From contig MU058198.1 in NCBI GenBank assembly GCA_013265495.1, positions 756,419 through 820,418 on the forward strand: 64,000 nt of DNA, written 5' to 3'. The notes under the pieces were generated by a model that worked only from the letters and a program-made list of their open reading frames with translations, was not told where the DNA came from and did no database searches. Position numbers and translations under genes: made by a program. This document shows positions 1 to 13,496 of this stretch, in pieces; position 1 is the stretch's first letter, and every line of letters begins with the position of its first letter. The stretch is from Vicugna vicugna (taxonomy: Eukaryota).

Positions 1-3000
1 ATTCCAAAATCAGCAACCTGGGCATATTTATCACACAGCATTTAAGTATCACAGCCTGATTTTTGAGTTGGTTATACCTGCAGCCCAAGGGTGTGCACAT
101 GGTCCTACACTGAGTTGTTTAGTGAACACTGTTAACTGGACCCACATGTGGCTTCCATCCCTGGGGTTGGTAGAATGGGACTTGGCTCTGTGTTCACCTA
201 GGAGAGTGATTTAGGCTGATGCTGGGGTAATAACTGCTTGATCGTCTCCCAGGGTGGAGTTGGTGACGGGGTGAAGCGAGATCACGTCCTAGGAACCATG
301 ATGCCTAAGTGTGCTGTAGGCTGTTAGAGATTAACGCAGGCAGCTCTTCCCTACTGGCTGTCGGAGCTATTGCTTCCGCCGTAGAAGGCTGGACGTCGCA
401 GAATCCTATGAGATTCTGTCCTAGTGGCTAGTCTGAAAGTACCATTCTGCATAACATCTATTGTACTTCTTCCAAATATTTGAAGTTCATTACTCAAGAC
501 TGTGATGCCTCCAACACAGAATGTTTGGGAAACCAGTTAAGGTGAGGGCAGAGACTACTGGGTAACCTCTTTTGCTGAATACGATGGGTAAATGTCACCA
601 GGAACTGGCTATATGAATTGGTGAAAGGCTTTATGAATGATGGTTGACTTAGGGCCTGTGTCATTTTGTAAATGGCTTTGCATCTGGGTTGTGTTTTCAT
701 GTTACAAGAAAATAACTTACTCTCTTACCTAATGAAAAGTGGGAAAAAATTTGGATTTCAAGATTCAGTTTTAGATATAAAGCAAGGATTTCTCCTTTCT
801 GCTTCATTCTTCTTAAATGCCATTTTGTTTGGTACTTTTGTCTTAGAACTAGATGGAGAGATTAATAAAGACTAATTTCTTAGATTCTCTTATATATTTT
901 GTAAGCACGCTGTAGCTTCTTTAGGTCCTGAGATCTTTTACTGAGCATCCAAATGTGGGGGGGTGGGTGTGTGTGCACATTTTACATACACAGGCAATCA
1001 GAAAAATAAATTCTTGTTCCTTCTCAGAATTACAGCATCAGTTGTTGTGACTCACATATATTCAATTCACTTTTGAGAAGAAGGAGGACATAACAAATGA
1101 GAACTACCACTAAGACAATTCTTCTTACAAACACACTCAGCAGTCCTGTTTTGCCAGTTGGAACGCGCAGACCTATTTGCTCTGGGGACGTCCAATTCAT
1201 GCCCTTGAGGAGCCTTGGCTGCCGCCTTCTGTGATTGACACATGCGTCTCCTCTCTCCTCCCCTCCCGTCCCCGGTTCCCCGATGATCAGCAGTCGCCTC
1301 TGCTAAATCTCAATTTTTATTTGACCTGAAGCCAGTTGCACTGATTCCAAAAGAGAAAGGGCCTGGCCTGGCTTCTATGCCTGCAGGCCTGCCTGCTGAA
1401 ATGATTGATAATACCTGGGGACCGCTCTCTGAAGATTAAGTCCTTTTCATTTGGCCTTCTCGTACTTACTCTTGCTGGAGGAACTAGACAGCGCCCCATT
1501 CTTTAGCCATGAAAGCAGGGATGTCACTAAAGGTGGCCTCATATTACTGTTTAAAGGCCTATTAGAAATCTCATTTTTTTTTTTGAGATGTCATTGTGAT
1601 GCAAAGTGGTTTGGGGTTTCATTACCGGTGCAAGCCCTTTGTTGGGCTGGCCCGGCCTGTTGTGTCCCCAGATTTGTTATTCTTTCCTTGACTGCTATTC
1701 CAAAGCGGGAATACTGATACTTGGAGGATTTTGTACCGTCAGTTAGAGAAAAACATACTTAAAGCAGGAAAATCGTAGCTGAACGGAAAGGCGCCATCAA
1801 ATCTCCCCTCGGATACAAGCGACAAACTGCACTTTGTTCTGCTGCCCTGTTGTTGGGTTTCCCTGTGGGGCTTCAGGCAAACGAAGCCCTGCCAAGTTAT
1901 TACTGTAAGGTTGCAGGAAGACGGCATTTTCTATGGTGACAGCGTTTTCTTCCCTCGTTTTTTTCCTTCTCGGCAAATGGCTGTGTTTTCCTCTGTTTAA
2001 CACTCGCAGCTGCCAGACCCTGAATTCCATATACATGACCTCGGGAGCTGCCCTCCTTCTCTGTGGGCCACTCCCTGTGTTTCCTGGGCAGTTTGCATTC
2101 TCAGCAGGAAATGGTCAGTGACCTTGAACGACTGGCTTTACCCCTCTATGGCCGAGTTTCTTCGCTCTAGAAGAAGGGCGACAGCAGCTCGTGGTCAGCG
2201 CCGTGAGGAGCTAATGCGTGGAACAATGCGTGCACAGCGCTCAGCACACTGCGCCAGCCAGGGGCTCATCCCGCAAAGATTCGCTGAGCGTCTACTGAGT
2301 GCCAGACGTTGCGCTAAGGGCTGGAAATGCCGAAAGGAGCAAACACAGACCCACTTGCTGCCCTTGTGGAGCTTTCAGACCAGCTGAGGATTTAGATGTT
2401 AATTAGATAATCACACATATTTAAGTCTCCAAATTGGGCCAAGGACTAGACAGAAAAATCACACAGAACTCCACTGGGTCCTGATCTAATCAAAGGACAG
2501 AATCCTTCCGTGACGTTTGAGTAGAGACTGGAAGAAAGAATGAGAGTGAACCAGAAGGACGAGGTATCAGCCCCAAGGTGGCTTTGAGCAGATTAGGAAA
2601 AGTGCCCCTACCGTAGGGCAGGTGTGGCCGAGCGTGGGCTGGGTTTCAGGGCCCCCTGGCCCATCTGCTGGGTGCCCTCGACCAGAGAACAGCCTGCACA
2701 GCTGTATGCAGGGCCCTGGCCGGGGGCAAGAGGACATGGGAGGCAGAGGAAAGCCCCTCTGCAAAGGCCCGGAGGTGGGAGGGCACACTGGAGGAGGCGG
2801 CTGGAACACAGGGAGCAGGGCTCGCGGGGGGTGGGGGGCGGGGGGAGTCCGGGCAGCTCTTGGTGCACATCAGCCGGTATTAATGCATGACAGCGTTATT
2901 CTCATCAACTCACTGCCAGCACACCACGGTCTCTCTGGAAGCCGTTGATTCTTGTCTAGTAAAGGAGAATTACTTCAAGGATGTGATTTTTGGGTGTCCC

Positions 3001-3461
3001 ACAACTGAGATTCAGAGAATAAGGACAGTGGATGAGGAGATACACTGAGTGTGAAAAGTGAGGCACCAGTGCGCCGCCAGAAAAATACAAATGCTCCATT
3101 ACAGCCCGGAAAACTGGATATTAGGCAGGGCGTGAAAACAAAAACAGAACAAACAAAAAAAGCAAACAAAAATAAAAACAGAACATTAGGGAAGGATTCC
3201 TAACAACGCTGTCATTTTGAGGGTGTAATTGTCTCTCTGAAGGAGTGGGAGAATCTCCTTTCCTTGGTCTCTTAGAAAGGACTGGCCCGCGGGAGACCCA
3301 GAACCTGGCAACGCTGCTTTCACTAGAAATGTTCTTGATAACCCCCTAGGTTCTTCCCAGCTTTGATTTCTTCGATTTTGGAATAATGTAATGCATGTAT
3401 TCATTCACACAAATATACTGTATCAAGGGTGGGGTTTTTTGTTCTTATTTTTTTTAACCAT

Positions 3462-3604
3462 GTTTTTAATTGAAGTATAGTCAGTTTACAATGTTATGTC
3501 AATTTCTGGTGTACAGCATAATGTTTCAGTCGTCCATATACATACATACATTCCTTTTCATATTCTTTTTCATTACAGGTTACTACAAGATATTGAATAG
3601 AGTC
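3462..3604 (-). mobile_element. Young camelid-type L1 3' end fragment
   Basis: tttttaattgaagtatagtcagtttacaatgttatgtcaatttctggtgtacagc...; closely similar to the copies at 12914, 13325 and the reverse complement of 46400-46560. Confidence 0.85.
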
Positions 3605-5080
3605 TTTATGCTATTGTTCTTGTTGTTGTTAAGTCTTGAGTTTAGAGAGAAATAAAATCTCAGATCTTGGAGACTTGTACAATGTTGCCAGTTTGTTCTG
3701 TAGTCTGTCAGGCTGGGTATCGGGAGGTGGTTCCCCAGCTGAGGTCCGGTGTCAGCATGGCATTGTGAGGGAAGCCTGGGCTTTGGGATTGAGTTACAGG
3801 CTGTGTGACCTTGGACAGGTTAGCCAGCCTCTCTGTACAGTGAGAGTTACTGTAAATTCGAATGCTAGCTGTCACTAGGGAGGGCCTTGAGGCCAAGGTT
3901 CAATTGCAAAGTCGTTTCTGGAGATGTGGCAGCCCTGAGAGCAGCCTCCCTGTGACCCACATCCTTTCAGAGGTTTATTTCTTTGTACTATATCTGAAAA
4001 GTCTTGACTTTTGGCTTTTCAGAGTTATCTGTGCTTTGGGGAAACATGAGGAACCAGAATTAAGTCAGACTTGTAAAATCTTCTCAGCAGTTAGTATCTC
4101 TAAAAAGCTTTTAGGAAATAAACCAAAAAGAAAAGGGCATTTAGCCATGATTTTTAAATGTGGTGTCTATGATCAGAAATCCCATCACAATCTAAAAATC
4201 CCACAAGAGCAGACGCTGTCAATTCACTCAGTACTTGAGCTATTTTGTTGCTTATTAAGACGTAGTAGAAGAACTTAACGTGGAATTTAAACCACGTTAA
4301 ACTGGAATACACACTGATCAGAAATAAATTCCAATATCCTGCTTTCAGGAAAGAAATGGACTACGTAAGTCCCTTTCAACAGAGAGCTGGAAAAAGAGCC
4401 CTTTATTATGTCTCAGTCGTAATGCAGTATATAAAGTGGCTTCTGCTTTGTCTCTTGCTTTATGTCCATGTGTAACATGAATAATATGTATGTTGCACCT
4501 TCTGAACTAACACCCAGCTTTCCAACTTGCGTCCTTCAAAGCAGAGCAGGCTAACAGTGATTTAAAGTTATGCTGGTTAAAAACAAAAAAATCCATCCCA
4601 GATTTTAAAATAAAGAAATGCTAACTCAAGCCTAAACTTTTCTATCAAAAATGACATTGTTGCTTTCTAAGAATGGGGATGGGGGGCGCTTAATCAGAGG
4701 GGCCATTATGTTGTCAAAGACTCTGCTGAGGCTGAAGGATGGATTCTCATGGGCATATGACCATTTTATTGCTTTTCAGCCCACGGCCGGCAATCCCACT
4801 CTCCCTCCTGCTGACAGAAGAAGCAGCCGCGCTCTACATCCAGTCCTTCTGGAGAGCATATCTGGTAGGAGTCATGTGCAATTACAGCATTTGGCCTGGT
4901 GGGGAGTTTTTGTGATGTGGAGGACCCAGAGGACAACCCTTTAGATGAATTTGAAACATAGGATATTGTCACTGACATCCAGAATCAGAAATAGGATCTC
5001 TGTAAAATAGGTCTTTAAGAATAATTTAGAATTTCTGCCAAAACTTATTTTGCAGTTACCATTAAAAGTACCCTCCAACC

Positions 5081-5503
5081 TTTTTATTAAACTTACTTTT
5101 TATTGTGGTGACAATAGTTTATTACATTTTGTAGGTTTCACGGGCACAACATTATAATTCTACTTTTGTATACACTACGTTGTGCTCACCAACAAAAATG
5201 TCGTTTCCACCATCACCATACAGGTGATCCCCTTTTCCCATTTCACTCTCCCCCACCCCACCCCGTCCCCTTCCCCTCTGGTAACTGCTCTTCTGTTCTT
5301 TTATGTTTGTTTTGTTTTGGTTTGGGGAGCTCATTTATTTTGCTTTTTGGTTCGTTTGTTTTTTAAATATTGTATAGACAAGTGAAATCATACAGCATTT
5401 GTCTTTATCCTTCTGATTTATTTCACTTAGCATAATATCCTCAAGGTCCATCCATCCTATTGCAAATGGTAAGGTTTCATTTTTTATGGCTGAGTAATAT
5501 TCC
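5081..5503 (-). mobile_element. L1 3' end (L1MA-like)
   Basis: Typical antisense L1 3' UTR motifs: ccctctggtaact, aagtgaaatcatacagcatttgtc, ttcacttagcataat. Confidence 0.8.
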
Positions 5504-5719
5504 TGATTTCTGGCCTGGTTTTGTCGATAACACTTACAATATCCTATGACTAGAGAAAGAGATTTTCAGGAATTCACGGAGGGTACTTTTACAGCCAGCA
5601 CTCATGTAATGCGCCCTCTCTCCTTAGACACTTAACATGAAGTTTTTTACATGAACAAAAACCTTTACTTGTACTTTTTCAAACACCATGAAGGAAAAAT
5701 AGAGTCTCCCACAGAACTT

Positions 5720-6082
5720 TGTATGTGTGGTAAAATGTACATAACATAAAATTTACCATTTTTACCAATTTTTAGTGTGCAGTTCAGTGACATTAAGTAC
5801 ATTTGCATTGTTTTGCAACTATCACTACCATCCGTCTTTCTAAACTGAAACTCTGGGCCCATTAAATCCCTATTCCTCCCTCCCCCCGCCTCTGGCAACC
5901 ACCCTCCCACTTTCTGTCTCTCTGATTTTGGCCATTCTAAGCACCTCATGTAAGCGGAATCAGACAGAATCTGTCCTTTTGTGACTGGCTTCTTTCACTC
6001 AGCATAATGTCCTCAAGGTTCATCTAAATTGTAGCATGTGTCAGAACATCCTTCCTTTTTTTTTTAAGACTGAATAATAATC
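5720..6082 (-). mobile_element. L1 3' end (L1MB-like)
   Basis: gtggtaaaatgtacataacataaaatttaccattt...gtgactggcttctttcactcagcataatg. Confidence 0.8.
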
Positions 6083-7270
6083 TTGCCAGGAAGTTTTAAA
6101 ATCTAGAAATCTGACATCCTCACTGGTTATTATAAAACCAGCCAGACGTTTCATAAAAATATTTTTTAACCCACCACATGAACAGAAATGTCCCATCGAA
6201 TGAAAGGCTATTTGAAGTGAACCACTCTTGGTAGTTGCAACGTTACTATTATCATTGTAAATAGGTTCCCGATAGCTATTTCTCGACGTTAAGCACTTCT
6301 GTAGGAGTAGACGTGTTCCTCTTTCTTCTTTCAAAATACTAGATGAACGATTAGAAAAACCAGATTGTTTCAACGTGCAAAACTTGGGGAGGGGGTTAAA
6401 ATCCATTTGATATTTTGAATGCAATCTGGTCCTCTGAACATTCTTCTTTTTGAAGTGTGTTTGGTGACAAGCCAAACATCAATAGTGCTCTTCCGCTTAT
6501 GAGATACTGGATGCAGTAGGTACCAACTGACAGAGAAAACTGATGTTCAGATGAGGTTCTCATGGGCCATGAGATGGAAATTTCTTTAAGGATTTAGGAG
6601 TCAGACACCAGATAAATCCACTGAATATTGATTCTGTCTAACTAAGCTCCTGTGCTTTATGCCTTTTACGCATTTGTTTTATTTTATTCTGTCTAATGAG
6701 CCTAGACACCAGCGTGGTATGCCATCTTCCCCTCCTCCCAGCGTCAGCTCTCCCTCCAGGCATCGTGACAACTGAGAATCACAAAGGTGTCAATCATTAA
6801 CATTATTTGATGAATAGTACAGTGCAAGGTTGCTTCAGCAGCCCGCTTTGTGGCTTTGCAAAGTTAAAAAAAAAATCGGAGACCCTGCAGAGAACAATGA
6901 GAATCTGTGCAGTTATGCAATCAATAGAGTTTGATTTGTCAACAATGAACCGACCTGGGGTGAATGAGGCACCCACGGAGGAACAGCTTGGTGTAAACAA
7001 AGCGTACGGGTCCCTCCTTCCCCTTGCTGTAGAGGTGGGCCTGAGCCAGCTTGGATACTCAAACGTCCCGTCTCTCTTGCCACAGGGATTAGCTCAGGAT
7101 GGGCGGGGGAAGGCCGGTCACACCTAGTGAAACTCCACTCTGGGATTCTCATAGGAGTTGTTGGGACGGAGCAGGCTTCTCTGTGACGGGGGTGGCTGAG
7201 GAGCTAGATTCTCAACAACCACCTTGCCGCTGTGTGAGGAGCCGCTGGAGAAGTGACTGCAGGGCCGCAT

Positions 7271-7342
7271 GGAGCTGAGACCAGGGAAGGAGCTGAGACC
7301 AGGGAAGGGGCTGAGACCAGGGAAGGGGCTGAGTCCGGAGGA
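7271..7342. repeat. 18-bp minisatellite, ~4 units (GGRGCTGAGACCAGGGAA)
   Basis: Units start at 7271, 7289, 7307 and 7325 (last one diverged). It produces the PFPGLS repeats in ORF 7124..7366. Confidence 0.9.
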
Positions 7343-7619
7343 TGTTGTTGGAGCGCCTGGATTCATTTGTACCAGTGAATCCTCTTAAGGATGGATTTCT
7401 GTCGCAGCTGGAGTCCTGATAATCCTAATTTTCAATATAAAAATTTCTAGACTGTTGATGACTTGCACATGAAGGAGGTTATTAGTACAAAATAAAAATC
7501 TGAGTCCACGCAGGCAGAACCACCATCCCAATATGTCCTAGGAAAAGACTGGCCTATATCAGCTAGAGGCTTGGTTGGAGAGAGGAAGCTTACCCGAAGG
7601 AACGAATTTTTCTAAAACC

Positions 7620-8160
7620 TATTTCTTTTTTTATTGCTTAATTAATATATTACTATTGTGGAAAAAAGATAATACATAAAAGTTTTTAAAATTATATGAT
7701 GCATTCATCCTTTTAGAATTTTTCCTATTCACATAAATAATTTTTTTAAATAAAATTGTGATAATCAACAGTGTTTTGTGCCTGCTCTCTGCCTTTAGTG
7801 ATATATTGAGAACACCTGTCTTTGTCAGAACACGAAGATCTGTCTCACAAATTTAAATGGCTCTGTGATAGTCCTTTCTGTGAATGCACCAAACCAGAAT
7901 TTATTTAACCATAGTTGTTTGGACAGTCTCGTTTTCTTTCCTATATAAAATATATAATGAAGAGCATCCTTGTTCATATGTCTTTGCACACTTACCTCAT
8001 TTTCGCTGTAAGATTAATTGCTAGAAGTGGAGTTGATGGTTCAAAAAGTAAGCACTTTTTTTTCAGAGTTTTGATAATTATTACTAAAGTACCTTCCAGA
8101 GAGGCTAGAGTTTAATTAGCCTCTAAACCTATTTACATGCACCAACAACGTATGCAAGTA
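7620..8160 (-). mobile_element. Old L1 (L1ME-like) 3' fragment
   Basis: Degenerate L1 motifs: ttgtttggacagtctcgttttc, gagcatccttgttcat, ctagaagtggagttgatggttcaaa. Confidence 0.6.
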
Positions 8161-8587
8161 TGCCCTAGGCATAGTTGTTGATGGCAGAGTGGAGAGAGGA
8201 TGAAGAATAATGCCTGGAGAGGATGGAGCTGCACGGATGCTGTGCTAGAAGTTATGAGCAGGGAAGGCTATTGTGTCCAGTTGGGTGGGTTGTGCACTAT
8301 ACAACTCTCTGGGCGGGAGGCACTGTTTGCCACCATATACAGCCTTAGAAATGGTGGTTGAGTGACTACTTAGTACACATTTCTTTTTTTTAATCCCACT
8401 GGCCAAGGTAGCTCCTGGCCTATAGATATATAACCCTCCTGAGAGCTGGAGTCTGGATGAGACAGTGAACATTGTACCTGTGATAAAATCTAGAAGCATG
8501 ACAGATTTGATCCAAAATCTGAGACTTTTTTCCTGAAAATACACAGCGTATTTCCAAAATATACTGACTATAAAATAAATATTGGGC

Positions 8588-10150
8588 TTTTACAGAAATA
8601 GAAAAACCCACCCTAAAATTCATATGGAATCTCAAGGGATCCTAAAAAGCCAAAAGAATCTTGAAAAGGGAGCAAAACTAGAGGACTCACACTTCCTGAT
8701 TTCAAAACTTACTACAAAGCTACAGTGATCAAAACAGTGCGCTATTGGCATACGGACAGACATACAGATCAGCGGAATCAAATTGAGAGCCCAGAAATAA
8801 ACTCTTGCGTATATGGTCAAATGATGTTTTTACAAGAGTGCCAAGACCATTCAATGAGGAAATAATAGACTTTTCGACAAATGGTGCTGGAAAACTGGAT
8901 ATCCACATGCAAAAGAATGAAGTGGACACTTACCTAATACCAGGTGCAAAAATTAACTCAAAATGGATCAAGAACCTAAATGTTAGACCTAAAACAATAA
9001 AACTCTTAGAAGAAAGCATAGGACAAAAGCTTTATGACAGTGGATTTGGTGATGATTTCTTAGATATGACACCAAAGGCCCAGGTAACATGAGAAAAAAT
9101 AGACAAATTGGACTTCGTGAAAAATTTAAAATTTTATACATCAAAAGACACTATCCTTAGAGTAAAAAGATAACCCACAGAATGGGAGAAAATATTTGCA
9201 AATCATATATATGATAAGGGGTCATTATTCAGAAAATATCGAGAACTCTTAAAACTCAACAACAAGAAAACAGAGCCTGATTCAAAAATGGGCAATGGAT
9301 TTGAATAGGCATTTCTCCAGAGAAGATACATGAATGGCCAAGAGGTACAGGAAAAGTTGCTCAGCATCACTAATCATTAGAGAAATGCAAGTCAAACCAC
9401 AGTGAGAAACAACCTCATACCCACTAGGATGGCTATTATTAGAAAAACGGAAAACAGCAAGTGTTGGCAAGGATGTGGAGAAATTAGAATCCTTGTGTGC
9501 TCTTGGTGGGAATTGGAGATGGTACAGCCATAGTGGATAACAGTAGGGAGGGTCCTCAAAAATTTAAAAATAGAATGACCATATGACCCAGCAATTCCAT
9601 TTCCAGGTGTATATCCAAAAGGATCAAAAGCGGGGTCTCAAAGACACATTTGCACAGTCATATTCATAGCATTATTCACAGTAGCTAAGATGAAGCAATG
9701 CAGGTGCCCACTGATGGGTGAACGGATGAGCAAAATGTGGTCTGTACGTACGACGGAACATTATTCAGCCTCAGAAAGAAAGGAAGTTCTGATCCATGTC
9801 AACATGGATGAGCCTTAATGACATTATGCTGAGTGAGGTAAGCTAGTCACAAAAGGACAAATACTGTCCAACTCCACTTATATAAGTACTTAGAGAAGTC
9901 AGAATCATAAAGACAGAAAATACAATGGTGGTTGCCAAGGTCTAGAGGCAGGGGAGAATGGGGAGTTATTGTTTAATGGGTCCAGAGTTTAAGTTTTACA
10001 AGATGAAAAGGGTTATGAGGATGAATGGTACTGATGGTTGTGTAACATCATGAATGCATTTAATACCACTGAACTGTACACTTAAAAATGATTAAGATGG
10101 TAAATTTACTGTAATGTGTATTTTACCACAGTTTAAAAAAAAAAGAAAGA
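8588..10150 (+). mobile_element. 5'-truncated L1 (L1MA/MB-like): ORF2 3' part, 3' UTR and poly(A)
   Basis: ORF2 remnants (e.g. [22 protein letters not shown] in ORF 8805..9092), L1 3' UTR, A-tail at ~10135-10148. Many stops and frameshifts. Confidence 0.92.
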
Positions 10151-12620
10151 GAGGTGTTCAAGGGTATTTTAATTGGATTTATCTTGATTTTTTTTTCCCC
10201 CTAAAAGCCCATTCCTTTCTCTTTAGAGATGACCTATATAGTTAGGTAGAAAATGAATGATGAAAACAGTCCAGGATAAAAACCAAGCAACTATGAAAAG
10301 GATCTTCAAAGAGTACAAAGGAACAGTTTTGGAGTTCCTCCCATATTTTTCTGCAGAAAGCAGAAGTTCCGACTTGAGTCTCTGCACTTTGTGGAAGAGA
10401 AAGTGTTCGCCACTCCAGGCTGCTGGCTGGGCTGTTAGGCGGGATAATTCTTTTTTGAAAGATCACTTGAAGTTCTCACCATTGACCTTAACTTTCTTGT
10501 TCTTAAATATTATGGCTGAATGGAAAGATTTGATTTATTTTTTTTTTAACATAGAACATGCCCTAGGGCAACCTGTTAAAAATGGGCTCTTACGGCAGAC
10601 AGATCTGTTTGAATCCTGGTGTGTCATATCAGGTTATTGATAACCCTGTGTAGGTTCTTTAACTTCTGAACCGTAGTTTCCTGTCTGCGTGTGAAGACTG
10701 AATCAGATAGCCCACGTAAGGGGCTTAGCACAGTGCCAGGCACATAATAAATTCCCAGTAAATATTAGCTGTTGTTCTTGGTGGTGGTGGTTCTATTTTC
10801 CTTATAAGAGAATCTTTTAAAAAAGCGAGCTAGTGATCTCCCTGGTAGATCCTCAGGCATGCTTCTGTCCCAGGGCCTTTGTACTTGCTGTTTGTTGTTT
10901 GTATCTACAGCTGTCAACCATGGTGCCCTCCCTGCTTCATTCAGAGTTCTTCTTGGATGTCTCTCCTAGTCATTGTTTCCAAAATAGCACCACCTTCTCA
11001 CTCTGGAGTCGCTGGCTGTGCTTTATCTCCTGCCTGTCCCTTCCCAACTACCTGACATTGTGTGGGATGTTCACTTGTCTTCTGTCTGTCACCCTGACTG
11101 GGACGTGAGCTCCTGGAGGTCGAAGTTGCTTGACTTGTTCATCCTGTATCCCCAGCCCCTAGAACACTGTCTGGCACATATTAGGCGCTTCATAAGTATT
11201 TTAGTGAGTAACCGAATCCTTTAAACGATCTCTCTAATGAGGACATTTGAAAACGAAGAAGAGCAAACTGTACTGTTCCATTTTATAAGCCCTTCTTGGG
11301 GATTTAAGCAGGCACTTGAAAGCAGGACTTTTCGGGGAGTTGCTTATGTACCAGGATCCTTGAACTCAATAGCTGTGCTTGTTAATTTCCCAGAGATTAC
11401 ACTTGAGAAAAGCGTATTCATTTTGTCATCAGCCTTTGTGAGTCACCTCTCCGCCAAGCCTTGTAATGTGAAGAAATGAAGTGAGCTATGGGAAATGATG
11501 GCTTCAAAGGAGCGCATCCGCTAAAGGCATGCTGGGTGGGCGTGTTTGGTTCATCTGAGTATTGGACTGAAAAGATTTTCTTCATATAGATCTTCTCTTC
11601 CAATTGCTGATATCTGCTGGCAGGTGGGCCAGCTTTGCCAGGAAAAGTCAGACACTGTATTGTGCAAAAGGAATTCTAGAAATGGGGCATTGCATCAGAT
11701 TACCACCAGTTCCCCTCTTGGTGGTACACAGCCGTTTCTTGGTAGCCTCGGAGAGGCTGGCCCCAGCCTTTGTGATTTGATTGAACTGTCTCGGCCCAGG
11801 GCTCCTCTAGTGGGAACCCCGTGTGGAAAGACTTGTCTTCTGTATGGAGTCCCCTTGTTCGTTGACTCATGAATTCCGTTTCAGTCCATTTCCACCACCA
11901 CGGTACCTTCCCAAGCAGAGGATTCAGTCCCAAAGAGGTCTTTTATTAGGTCGTCCCAGAGGTATTTGTGAAACCCACATATTTGACACGGGTTTTGAGC
12001 ATTTTCTAACATGTGGGAAATGTATATAAGCTGTTAGGGAGGCTGAGACCACCGATACAAGTGCCACTGAACAAGTGGAGAAAAACTCCTGAACTTCTCA
12101 AAGATGTAGAGGTGGTGGTTTTAAGCTGAGGATTCAGACATCAGACCTCGAACACTTGAAGCCGAGCGCTCCCGAGGACGGCTATGGCCGGCCCTCTTGT
12201 CTTTCCCCTCAAATAGAGGCCCGACGCCTTCTGTTGCCACGTAACTTCCTTTGTTCATTCTTTCATTTGACAAACATGTGTTGAGGACCTTCTGCTTGGC
12301 AAGAATTGTAGCAGCAGAGCTCATCCTTTCCTCGAGGAGCCTAGAGACAGCTGTACCAAGGAGAATGATAATAATATTAAGAATAGCAGAATTGAATATT
12401 ATTGGTGCTCTGCTGAGCGTTTTACAAACAGCATCTCCTCTATGCCTTATGCCAATCCTATAAAGTAGGCAGGTGTGTACTTCTGTCATCCGATGTGTAG
12501 ATGACTCAGCCAGGGCCTTAAGACCCTAAGTGACTTGACCAACGTCACACAGTGCTAAGTGGTAGAGCAAGTTCAGGTCCAGGTCTGACTGTCCTCAGAA
12601 CCGCATTGCTCTCCTTTTTT

Positions 12621-12657
12621 GAAAAAAAGAAAAAGAAAAAGAAAAAGAAAAAGAAAA
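12621..12657. repeat. (AAAAAG)n microsatellite
   Basis: Read directly; it is the source of the KRKRKR run in ORF 12619..12837. Confidence 0.9.
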
Positions 12658-12913
12658 CCGTTCCTACCAGCCACAGATGAGAGTTCCCATTGCTCCATGC
12701 CCTTATCAATACTTGGCATGATCTGTCTTTTTAATTTTAGCCATTTTTGTGGGTGTGTAGTGGTACTACCTATGTATAGTGTGTGTGTGTGTGTTTTAAC
12801 CAGGCTTACGAGATATACGTTACAGTGTATACAGTAAAATTTACCCTTTTTAGGGTATAGTCTCTCAAATGCATGGTATAACCACTCCCATAATCAAAAT
12901 ATAGAACATTTAT

Positions 12914-13052
12914 TTATTTTTTTAATTGAAGTGTAGCTGGTTTACAATGTTGTGTTAATTTCTGGTGTACAGCATAGTGATTCAGTTATACATATATATT
13001 CCTTTTTTTATATTTTTTTCATTATAGGCTATTACAAGGCATTGAATAAGAC
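12914..13052 (-). mobile_element. Young L1 3' fragment with 13-bp TSD
   Basis: TSD ATAGAACATTTAT at 12901-12913 and 13053-13065. Confidence 0.88.
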
Positions 13053-13290
13053 ATAGAACATTTATATTACTGCCTCCCCCCATTCCCTCGTGCTGCCCCG
13101 TTGCTGTCAACCCTTGCTCCCAGTACCAATGCCGGGCACTTGCTGATCTCTTTTCTGTCCCTGGGTTTGCCTTTTCAGAATGTCATACAAATGAATCATA
13201 AAATATGTAGCCTCTGAGTCTGACTTCTTTCACTTGGCCTGATGCATCTGAAGGTCTTCCATGTGGTTGCATGTGTCAGAAGCCCCTTCC

Positions 13291-13496
13291 CTTTTTTTTT
13301 TTTTTTGAGATTCCAGGAGATTGTATTGAAGTATAGTCACTTTACTGTATTGTGTCAGTTTCTGGTGTACAGCATAAGGTTTCAGTCATACATACACATA
13401 CATATATTTCGTTTCATATTCTTTTTCATTATAGGTTACTGTAAGATATTGAATAGAGTTCCCTGTGCTCTACAGTAGAAACCTGTTTATCTGTTG
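13291..13496 (-). mobile_element. Young L1 3' fragment with 12-bp TSD and an 18-nt non-L1 tag
   Basis: TSD GAAGCCCCTTCC at 13279-13290 and 13497-13508; poly(T) at 13292-13306. Confidence 0.88.

Noticed and set aside
2567..2948. Overlapping Pro/Gly-rich ORFs and G-runs (2826-2845); similar ORFs at 31447-32540 and 63278-63945
   Set aside because: GC-rich sequence has few stop codons; no splice or homology support. The G-runs could form a G-quadruplex but nothing suggests function.
6041..6475. 144-aa minus-strand ORF
   Set aside because: Non-ATG start, ends inside an L1, no recognisable homology, and no poly(A)/TSD to suggest a retrocopy.
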